Shown here: in pieces, positions 28,406 to 35,819 of the stretch
How positions within the stretch are numbered: the first letter of the stretch is position 1
Layout of the letters: each line of letters begins with the position of its first letter
Source of the DNA: Candidatus Undinarchaeales archaeon
Lineage (GTDB): Archaea; SpSt-1190; JASMDC01
NCBI GenBank assembly: GCA_030753015.1
Contig: JASMDC010000029.1
Coordinates: 7,002-44,251, forward strand
DNA length: 37,250 nt
Reading direction: 5' to 3'
Notes under the pieces: generated by a model
The model's database searches: none
The model's input: only the letters and a program-made list of their open reading frames with translations
What the model was told of the DNA's origin: nothing
Program-made: the position numbers and the translations under genes

Positions 28406-29271
28406 GGTCGGGCAACGTGGAGCTCTCCGAGGGCTTCGGACGGGTCATGGCCCGGGTGCTCGTTACAGCAAAGGACACGGGATGGGCCCGCCGCGCCGCG
28501 GAGGCTGCCTGCGGGTTCGGTACGTCCCTCATCATGTGCCCTGCCGAATGCGGGATTGACGGGGAGGTCGACGGTACTTATACACCCGATGGCAGGCCCG
28601 GGATCGTGTTCATGGTGGTCCAGCGCACCCTCCCTTTGCTGGAAGAGCAGCTCGTGTCCCGCATCTCGCAGTGCGTTCTGACGACCCCAACGGCTGCCTG
28701 CTTCAACGCTCAGGAAAGCGATGAGGTCCTGCCCGTCGGGAGCAAGGTCCAGTACTTCGGTGACAAGCTCTCTACCAAGGAGGAGCGTTTCGATCGTACC
28801 CTATGGCGCATCCCCCTCATGGGCGGTGACTTCCTTATCGAGGATACGTTCGGTGTCGTCCATGGCGAATCGTACAAGCTGTGGGTGATGGGGAGCGAGG
28901 TGGGCGCGCTCACCGCAGCCCGGGCCGCCGCCGAGACCGCATCGAAAGTGGAGGGCGTGTTCCTTCCTTTCCCGGGCGGGATCAGCGCAGCGGGATCCAA
29001 GGTTGGTTCGGTGCACTACTCGTTCCTCAAAGCCTCCACCAACCACCCGTACTGTCCGACGGTGCGAGACAGGATCGAAAGTCGGCTTCCCGAGGGGATC
29101 GAGGCAGTGTACGAGCTCGTGATCACCGGTCTAGACCGTCAGCGGGTCGAGGACGCAATGTACGGTGCCGTCGAGGCGGCGGCTGCGAACGGTGCGGCCC
29201 GCATCTCGGCAGGTACGTTCGCGAAGAAGGTGATCGCGCGGCGACCCGACCTGGCCGACCTGCTCAAGTGA
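28402..29271 (+). CDS. ftr: Formylmethanofuran--tetrahydromethanopterin N-formyltransferase
   Basis: Motifs GFGTSLIMCPAECGI, TPDGRPG, RISQCVLTTPT.ACFN, FPGG...GSKVGS..Y.FL.ASTNHPYCPT and VYELVI.G. A GTGA overlap couples it to the mtd stop. Confidence 0.92.
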   Translation: MRSGNVELSEGFGRVMARVLVTAKDTGWARRAAEAACGFGTSLIMCPAECGIDGEVDGTYTPDGRPGIVFMVVQRTLPLLEEQLVSRISQCVLTTPTAACFNAQESDEVLPVGSKVQYFGDKLSTKEERFDRTLWRIPLMGGDFLIEDTFGVVHGESYKLWVMGSEVGALTAARAAAETASKVEGVFLPFPGGISAAGSKVGSVHYSFLKASTNHPYCPTVRDRIESRLPEGIEAVYELVITGLDRQRVEDAMYGAVEAAAANGAARISAGTFAKKVIARRPDLADLLK

Positions 29272-29312
29272 AGATGTCGTACGTACTACTCGTATATACA
29301 ATCATAGAGGAA

Positions 29313-29343
29313 TCTTTATAATCCGGATTTAATACTAGTATTA
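29313..29343 (+). promoter_or_regulatory. TATA-like box (TTTATAA) followed by adjacent palindromes AATCCGGATT (29320-29329) and TAATACTAGTATTA (29330-29343)
   Basis: Read directly from the sequence, about 35-60 bp upstream of small ORF p1. Confidence 0.45.
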
Positions 29344-29377
29344 GTTAGAGAGAACGACTCATAAGTTGTGTGTGAGA

Positions 29378-29455
29378 ATGGTGACCCTCCCAAGCCTTGT
29401 CGTGGCTGTACTGACCGTGCTGTATGCTGTTCGAGGATACAGCGAGGTCGAGTAA
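29378..29455 (+). CDS. Small hydrophobic peptide p1 (25 aa): MVTLPSLVVAVLTVLYAVRGYSEVE
   Basis: Hand-translated, below the ORF-track cutoff. Paralogous to p2 and p3. Confidence 0.65.
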   Translation: MVTLPSLVVAVLTVLYAVRGYSEVE

Positions 29456-29671
29456 CGCGCTGAAGTGAATCCCCCCCCCAGTGGACGACCCCCGAGGTCC
29501 GATCCGACTATGTAGTGGTCGGAGCGATCGTCGCAGGGGACATCTATTTCTTCCATGAGAGGACCATGTAGTCTAGAAAATACTTATCGTCTATATTAAC
29601 AGTGTGAAACCTATAAGATCCTGGGAACGTATTGACTTATTGTAGCGATTACACCCCCCCAGGTGATCCAC

Positions 29672-29761
29672 ATGGTAACGATCCCCGTAGCGATAATGGC
29701 CGTTCTGACCGTGCTCTATGCGATCCTGGGGTTCCGCGAGGTCACGAACGATCTGTCCTAG
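29672..29761 (+). CDS. Small hydrophobic peptide p2 (29 aa): MVTIPVAIMAVLTVLYAILGFREVTNDLS
   Basis: Hand-translated. AGGTGAT Shine-Dalgarno-like site at 29661. Shares AVLTVLYA with p1 using several different synonymous codons. Confidence 0.7.
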   Translation: MVTIPVAIMAVLTVLYAILGFREVTNDLS

Positions 29762-29940
29762 CGAGAATCCCTGGTCAGCGGGCATGCTGCTCAGCTTGTT
29801 CTAATATCGATAATCCTGCCATCATCAGTAAAAAGAGCCGTAAATCGTCGTAGTTGTTATAGTACGATATATACGTCAGGATTATATCCTAGAAATGACT
29901 ATAATATTACTAGAGAGATATCAGTAGGGAGAAACCGCAC

Positions 29941-30048
29941 ATGGTGACACTACAGATAATCGCACTAGGGTTGGTCATCATCCTGTATGCGGCGCACGCC
30001 TATAGCGAGCTTAACCAGGACCAAAGGGTCCTGTCACACGACTTCTAA
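29941..30048 (+). CDS. Small hydrophobic peptide p3 (35 aa): MVTLQIIALGLVIILYAAHAYSELNQDQRVLSHDF
   Basis: Hand-translated. GGGAGA lies upstream. Same MVT-x11-LYA-x3-[YF]-x-E register as p1 and p2. Confidence 0.65.
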   Translation: MVTLQIIALGLVIILYAAHAYSELNQDQRVLSHDF

Positions 30049-30059
30049 GGTGAGACGCG

Positions 30060-30117
30060 TCAGGGGATATCCCGGGAAGGCCCAGGGACGAATACGAATG
30101 GAGAGGCATACCCCTGA
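30060..30117. terminator. Imperfect inverted repeat between convergent p3 and wHTH genes; possible terminator or RNA structure
   Basis: TCAGGGGATAT at 30060 pairs with ATACCCCTGA ending at 30117. Confidence 0.3.
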
Positions 30118-30121
30118 ATCC

Positions 30122-30985
30122 TCAGCGCTGGTCCAGCAGCCAACGGTTCATCCTTATCCGGTTGATCTTCCCCACCCTCTCCTTGATGACTACCTTCTTT
30201 CGCTCCAGACGCTGGAGCGCTCGCGAGAGCGGGTACTTGTCGAGGTTGAGACGTGAGCGGATGGTGGTCTGGAGGAGCTCGCCGTCCGACTTGAGCAGTT
30301 CCTGAACTATCGCCTTCTCCGTGTCGTCCAGGGTCTTGAGCACGTAGTCCAGTCCGCGCTTCGGTTCGACCTCTTCCTCCTCGGGCACCTCCTCCTCTTC
30401 GGGATTGCGGCTAATGGCCAAAATGTAAGCGGTCCACCCCAGGACGAAGACCAGGAACACGATAGGCAGGGCGAGCGCCATCTCGCCACCGATCCTATAG
30501 GATACTGTGATGATGCCCGAAGGATCGTCGAAGCTCACGATGCGTGCCTCGACGAGGTGCTGCGAGGGGATCGTGGAGTTGCGGGGGAGGAGATGGGCCC
30601 GCTCGGGTAGAGCGACCGAGTAAGTGATACCCTGTGTGAAGTGGGGGATGAAGGTGAGAGTGCTCGTCGTCCCATCGCTCTTCACGAGCCCGGAGGTATC
30701 GTACACGATGGTGACGGGCCCACCATAGGGATTGTGGACAGAAAGCCGTTTGGTCGCAGGTACGTAGTCGTACGGGAGCATCCCAGAACCGGTCCGTACC
30801 TCCAGTTTCGCAGGATCGTTGGAGAACCGCATGGAGAGGGTCGTGTTCGTAAGCATGTTGACCGTATAGGACACGTGGACCGATCCATCGGCGTTCACGT
30901 CGAGACGGCAGGAGTTGGGGAGCGCCTGACCAAGGGTGGCGAGGCAGAGCACCAGAGCGATAATGAGAATCAGGCTTCGGGCCAC
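30122..30985 (-). CDS. Membrane-anchored protein with extracellular beta domain and C-terminal winged-helix DNA-binding domain (COG2512-like), about 287 aa
   Basis: GTG at 30985 gives the signal peptide MARSLILIIALVLCLATLGQA. TM helix LALPIVFLVFVLGWTAYILAI, an acidic linker, then wHTH LDDTEKAIVQELLKSDGELLQTTIRSRLNLDKYPLSRALQRLERKKVVIKERVGKINRI. The ORF-track start at 31159 would overlap B2. Confidence 0.85.
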   Translation of the reverse strand: MARSLILIIALVLCLATLGQALPNSCRLDVNADGSVHVSYTVNMLTNTTLSMRFSNDPAKLEVRTGSGMLPYDYVPATKRLSVHNPYGGPVTIVYDTSGLVKSDGTTSTLTFIPHFTQGITYSVALPERAHLLPRNSTIPSQHLVEARIVSFDDPSGIITVSYRIGGEMALALPIVFLVFVLGWTAYILAISRNPEEEEVPEEEEVEPKRGLDYVLKTLDDTEKAIVQELLKSDGELLQTTIRSRLNLDKYPLSRALQRLERKKVVIKERVGKINRIRMNRWLLDQR

Positions 30986-31007
30986 GGAACGGGCTTTCCT
31001 AATCAAC

Positions 31008-31016
31008 TTATATAAA
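31008..31016. promoter_or_regulatory. Palindromic TATA box (TTATATAA) shared by the divergent wHTH gene and B2
   Basis: About 23 bp from GTG 30985 (-) and 27 bp from ATG 31042 (+), in a 56-bp spacer. Confidence 0.65.
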
Positions 31017-31041
31017 TCTTGTCGGGCGTTCGATTGTTCAC

Positions 31042-33846
31042 ATGGCATTTCATCGTCTGTTACGTACCATCTCAGCCATAGTCCTCGTCGCTCTGCTCCT
31101 GACACCGGGCAGCGCCATCGTCGCGGACGAGGTCGTGGAGGAGGTGGACATATCCACATTGAAGTACGCCCAGGTGGACATCACCTACGTCCTCCCGAGC
31201 CGCTACCTCGATACACTCGATGATCAGCTGCTCAACAGCAGGTGTTCCTTGCTCTCTTCGGTGACCGGATGCCGCGCTTCGATCTACGGTGGCGAGGAGA
31301 AGGTCGTGTTCAACATGCTCGAGCCTAGCCCCGAGATCGGAGTCCGTGACATCGAGATCCAGGAGGACCTCATCACCGTTGAGTTCTACTTCAAGTACCT
31401 GCCTAAACAGTATGTGCTCGCCCAGGGGCTGATGGTGCGTGAGCGGGGGATGAAGATCAGGTACCCCACCCACACCACCGTGCTCAACTACGTGCTGGAC
31501 ATGCCCCTCCTCTCGCAGTTCGCGATCTCCAGGCGGGCTGTCCCTTTCTCGGCCACGGTGGACAAGACGTCCTTCGTCATCGGCGAGACCATCCCTATCC
31601 CAAAGATCTCGGAGGGCATCTTCTGCGTCGCGGCCCTCCTTGACGGTGACACGGTCATCGTCCGCGATTACTCGAGTACCTGTTCACCCTTCGAGCTGGG
31701 GACCACTTCGTTCATCCCGGAGGGCAGCTACGACCTCTACCTCATCGCGCTCACCGGGAGCTCGACCAAGTACAACAGCGTCCGGATCGATCTTGAAGCG
31801 TCCGACATCCCGACCTACCTCGACCTGGACAAGGACCGGTGCAACCTCGGAGAGTCCTTCGTCGTGAAGGTCACTTCCTCCGAGGACCTCGACCGGTGCG
31901 AGGTGCGCTTAATCGATCCCTTCGGCAACGAGGTGGAGGAGCGCACGTCGTACGACTGCGAGAACATCATCCTCGGGACCTCGCCTGCGCTGGTGCCCGG
32001 TCGCTATCTGATCAAGGCCTATGCTTGGAAGGGCGAGGAGCGGGGTGCTGCCTCGATGAGCATCACTCTGGTGGGTCAGGGATACACATCCTCCGAGATA
32101 ACCACCGACAGTGACGTGTACAACGCTGGCGACAACATCGAGGTGTATGCCGATACCGAGGGTGACCTCTGCATCACCGAGCTCTTCGACTCGGAGTACA
32201 ACAAGGTGGGCGAGGCCACGTCCGTCGGATGCAGGCCCGTTGACATCGCCGCTGACGATAGCCTCGAAGCGGGCAACTACCTGCTCAAGACCACTGTGAA
32301 GAAGAACGGGCGAATCATCTCTGTGGCCCCAAAGGGCATCGAGATCAGGCCATGGTCGGAGCGACGCGGCACGGTCCAGTCGGACCTCTGCCAGCAGGGC
32401 AAGCTCTACATCCTCGGCGAGCGGTTCCCCTGCATCTCCTCCGGCGAGGTGTGCGTCCCCTCGTCCTCGTCCAAGCCGCTATGTCTCTGCTTTGACGACG
32501 GGGGCAACCCGAAGGACTTCTGCGACTACGGCCACACCTGCGGCCAGACCGGCTGCTCAGCAACGAAGGTGTTCAAGACCCCCTTCATCATCATCCGCGA
32601 CCAAGGTAAATGCCTGGCACGCAAGGGCGACCAGACGATATCCTGTATCGCGCTCGGTGAGATCTGTGCCGGCAACTGCGTATGCATCAACGAGAAGGAC
32701 CAGCCCCTCTCGTCCTGTGTAGGGGGCGACACCTGCACGTTCGAGGGATGCCGCCGCTCCACGATCGAGCTCGAGGTCACGAGCGTCACACCGGAGAGCG
32801 TGCGCTCGGACGAGCTCAGGACCGGTGCCCAAGTGACGTGGAAGGGACATCTCCATATGGACGACCAGCTCTTCTCTGGAAGCCGGTCGCAGCTGGAGTT
32901 CACCATGCGCCTGGGCACGATCACGCTCGAGGACGCTGTCATCGAGGCCGAGTACGTTTCCTCGGCGGAGGGTTGGAAGGTGACCGGTACCTTCTCGGGG
33001 GACCTCGATCCGGGTAGATTCGAGACCTTCCTCATGGTCAAGCGTGGCGAGGACATCCATATCATGCGTAAGCCCATCCAGGTGTGGTATCCGGTGGGAG
33101 AGAGCAACCTCAATATCGAGATGCGGGACATCAATCCCGAGAAGATGTCCTATCGCGAGCTCGGCTACGGTGGCGGTGTCGAGCTGACGGCCCGTGTCAC
33201 TGACCATACGGGCCGGGCGCTCACCGGCAAGGACCTGCCGCCCGATGCGTTCAACCTGACCCTTGAGGGTGCCAAGTCGCTCGGTGCGTTCTCGATATCC
33301 GAGCCCACGTTCGACCAGCAGCTCGGCCTGTGGGTCATCAAGGGCACGTTCATGACCAATGTCCGGATCACCGTCAGCAAGGTCTCGGTGATCGTCAACC
33401 ATCTTGGTCGCAACGGCAAATCCTCCTCCCCCTTCGAGCTTCTCGAGCACGTGCCCCTTGTGATCAGGATCAAGAGCACCGATCCCGGTAGCCAGAAACC
33501 GATCTTCCATCTCATGGCCATCACCGGGTTCGATATGGATGTGTACGTTTCCATCGATGGCTCTGTATCGCTCCAGGCCGAGAACTTCGATATCACTTTC
33601 GGGAACATCAAGATCAAGCCCGACTGCAGTACAGCCGAAGGCGATCCATGCATCGACTACCTCATGGACACCGAACAGGGTGTACGCATCCACCTCTCCA
33701 ATATCAAGCTCTGTCCGAACGAACCACCGCCCAACAGCTCCCGGGACCTCAAGATCAAGGTCAAGGAGCAAGGTCAGAAGGCCGAGGACAAGACTCAACT
33801 ACGCATCATCGAGAATCCGGGCAAGTACCAGGTGAGGTGTTCATGA
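31042..33846 (+). CDS. Family B secreted Cys-rich multi-Ig-like protein, copy B2 (934 aa)
   Basis: Signal peptide MAFHRLLRTISAIVLVALLLTPGSA. Three repeats VDKTSFVIGETI, LDKDRCNLGESF and TDSDVYNAGDNI, plus a duplicated Cys module. Paralog of B1; ends VRCS*. Confidence 0.9.
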   Translation: MAFHRLLRTISAIVLVALLLTPGSAIVADEVVEEVDISTLKYAQVDITYVLPSRYLDTLDDQLLNSRCSLLSSVTGCRASIYGGEEKVVFNMLEPSPEIGVRDIEIQEDLITVEFYFKYLPKQYVLAQGLMVRERGMKIRYPTHTTVLNYVLDMPLLSQFAISRRAVPFSATVDKTSFVIGETIPIPKISEGIFCVAALLDGDTVIVRDYSSTCSPFELGTTSFIPEGSYDLYLIALTGSSTKYNSVRIDLEASDIPTYLDLDKDRCNLGESFVVKVTSSEDLDRCEVRLIDPFGNEVEERTSYDCENIILGTSPALVPGRYLIKAYAWKGEERGAASMSITLVGQGYTSSEITTDSDVYNAGDNIEVYADTEGDLCITELFDSEYNKVGEATSVGCRPVDIAADDSLEAGNYLLKTTVKKNGRIISVAPKGIEIRPWSERRGTVQSDLCQQGKLYILGERFPCISSGEVCVPSSSSKPLCLCFDDGGNPKDFCDYGHTCGQTGCSATKVFKTPFIIIRDQGKCLARKGDQTISCIALGEICAGNCVCINEKDQPLSSCVGGDTCTFEGCRRSTIELEVTSVTPESVRSDELRTGAQVTWKGHLHMDDQLFSGSRSQLEFTMRLGTITLEDAVIEAEYVSSAEGWKVTGTFSGDLDPGRFETFLMVKRGEDIHIMRKPIQVWYPVGESNLNIEMRDINPEKMSYRELGYGGGVELTARVTDHTGRALTGKDLPPDAFNLTLEGAKSLGAFSISEPTFDQQLGLWVIKGTFMTNVRITVSKVSVIVNHLGRNGKSSSPFELLEHVPLVIRIKSTDPGSQKPIFHLMAITGFDMDVYVSIDGSVSLQAENFDITFGNIKIKPDCSTAEGDPCIDYLMDTEQGVRIHLSNIKLCPNEPPPNSSRDLKIKVKEQGQKAEDKTQLRIIENPGKYQVRCS

Positions 33847-35714
33847 TGGTCGGGCGCACGCGTGGTCAGATGGCCCTCATGGGGCTCGCGGCAGTAGCGT
33901 TCGTCGTCATCATGATCGTGTACATGATGAGCGGCGGCCAGCAAACGGAAACCGAGATCAGGATCAAGGATATCCAGTCCGCAGGCCTCAAGAGCGAGCT
34001 GGAGAAGGTGGAGACCATCGTCTCGGACATCTTCGAGGAGTCCATCCACTCCTCCGCGCTCGAGCTGGCACGCCACGGCGGGTACGCAAAGGGGAACATT
34101 CCACCCAGGAGCCTGGGCCAGACACCCTACTGGTTCTACCGGGGCAATATCGTCAACATCCCATCGGTGGAGGTCATGACCGGAATGATGAAGGAGCGGA
34201 TGGAGTGGCGCATCTCCAACGAGCTCAATGACCTGCGGAAGAACCTGAGGATGAACATGTTCCGCATCGGCCAACCATCGGTCACCGTCACACTTACCGA
34301 CGTCCAGATCAACGCCAATATGGAGCTACCGATCAATGTTGTCCAGGGTGAGAACAAGTTAAAGACCAAGATCGAGTTCACCCACACAGCGACCCTGCGC
34401 CTCAAGAAGCTTCGCGACCTTGCCGAGGAGTACGTCCGTGAATACGAGAACGCACGCTACATGGAGTCGCAGTGGGAGCACGGCGTGAACAACGATCCAC
34501 GTGTGCCCGAGACCATCGGTGCAGGGGCGGCCGAGACCGGTCCCTGCTCGCACTGCCAGGTCGTCAAGTTCACCAAGGCCGGGATGACCGAGGCGCTGAA
34601 AGAGCACGCTCAGCTCCATGCGTCCATGGAGCTCCAGCGTGCCCGGGGCCTGCCCTTCTTCAAGGAGGACGCTGCCGGCGCGGCCGTCAAGGACATCCAG
34701 CTCGACTTCAAGGTCAATCCCCAGCACCTGAATTTCGAGTTCACGGCCAACAGGGGCGAGGACTGCGAGAGCAACACCGAGGTAAAGCTCATCAACTGGG
34801 GGAATCCCGGTGCATTCCCTACAGGACAATGCCAGCACTCCTACATGGTCGACTACGACCTGCTGGAGTTCCCCGTGGAGATCATCATCCGGGACCTGCT
34901 CAAGATCGGCATGGCCATGACCACCGAGACCGTCGCATCAACGAGCGATCAGGAGGAAAGCGGGACCAAGAGCATAGTAAAGCCCCTGGAGTTCCGCATC
35001 GTGATGGATTCCTACCTCAAGACCGGCGATCCTCGGGCAGTGGACGGCTCGGTCACCGACCCGGAGACCGTCGACAACCTCTGCCAGGGAGCTTGCTCCA
35101 TAGACATCACGGCCACCAACGCCAACGAGGGCACCCTGTTCATCGACTCGTGCGAGTACGGGCCTGGTAAGCATTTCACCGAGTCCAACGTACCGTGCGG
35201 GATCCACACAATCACCTTCACAGCGATCGATCCTCCGGGCAAGGCCAAGTTCGTTAAACAGGACAACATCAAGGAGAACTACCAGCTCGACATCGAGGTC
35301 CAGGACTACGCCTCGGTGAAGGGTACCATCAACATGAAGAACAAGGTGTACTGCACCAAATCCAAGCGCGTGGAGGACAAGGGTCTTGAGACCCTGGCGT
35401 ACTACGAGGGTGATCCGCCGCGGACCATCAGGCTGTTCTTCTACCCGGTCAACCACCGGCTGGGGGAGATGGTGCACGCCGACATCGACAAGAACGGCAA
35501 CTACGAGGTGCCCGTGATCAATCCCGGGACCTATCTTGTGCTGGCCTTCCCAACCGAGGACGCCTCCAACCGCCCCACCCACAAGGTGCTGCCCAAGGGC
35601 CTTGTGATGGACATCCAGCCCGGCTCTAACGATCTGAGCATCGAGCTCGAGCCACTGCGCGTGGAGAAGGTGGGCGACAAGTTCGTCAACGTGGTCGGTA
35701 GCGAGGACTGCTAG
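33843..35714 (+). CDS. Family A pilin-like surface protein, copy A3 (about 623 aa), with class III signal peptide
   Basis: ATGATG at 33843 overlaps the B2 stop and follows GGTGAGGTG. N-terminus MMVGRTRG/QMALMGLAAVAFVVIMIVYMM. Shares HGGY, PYWFYRG, LCQGACSID, VYCT and PGTYLVLAFP; ends EDC*. Confidence 0.9.
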   Translation: MMVGRTRGQMALMGLAAVAFVVIMIVYMMSGGQQTETEIRIKDIQSAGLKSELEKVETIVSDIFEESIHSSALELARHGGYAKGNIPPRSLGQTPYWFYRGNIVNIPSVEVMTGMMKERMEWRISNELNDLRKNLRMNMFRIGQPSVTVTLTDVQINANMELPINVVQGENKLKTKIEFTHTATLRLKKLRDLAEEYVREYENARYMESQWEHGVNNDPRVPETIGAGAAETGPCSHCQVVKFTKAGMTEALKEHAQLHASMELQRARGLPFFKEDAAGAAVKDIQLDFKVNPQHLNFEFTANRGEDCESNTEVKLINWGNPGAFPTGQCQHSYMVDYDLLEFPVEIIIRDLLKIGMAMTTETVASTSDQEESGTKSIVKPLEFRIVMDSYLKTGDPRAVDGSVTDPETVDNLCQGACSIDITATNANEGTLFIDSCEYGPGKHFTESNVPCGIHTITFTAIDPPGKAKFVKQDNIKENYQLDIEVQDYASVKGTINMKNKVYCTKSKRVEDKGLETLAYYEGDPPRTIRLFFYPVNHRLGEMVHADIDKNGNYEVPVINPGTYLVLAFPTEDASNRPTHKVLPKGLVMDIQPGSNDLSIELEPLRVEKVGDKFVNVVGSEDC

Positions 35715-35819
35715 TCCCCGAGGACCGCTTCGGACGATCGCCCGCGAACCGGCCTGCACCACGAACAAGATCGTCAGCCTCCACCTGATGGCGATACGAA
35801 CGTGTTCACGGTATTTCCG

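Noticed and set aside
29359-29853. ORF-track calls 29359..29556(-), 29591..29785(-) and 29632..29853(+)
   Set aside because: They do not resemble each other or any family I recognise, and they overlap the better-supported paralogous plus-strand micro-ORFs.
29272-30121. AT-rich spacer as a CRISPR array or leader, or a tRNA/ncRNA locus
   Set aside because: No identical 24-47 bp direct repeats, no cas genes and no cloverleaf or T-loop pattern.
30986-31159. N-terminal extension of the wHTH gene to 31159
   Set aside because: It would overlap the B2 start and the shared TATA box. GTG 30985 gives a clean signal peptide.
33648-33842. N-terminal extension of A3 from 33648
   Set aside because: It lies inside B2. 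The class III signal and SD site place the start at 33843 or 33846.
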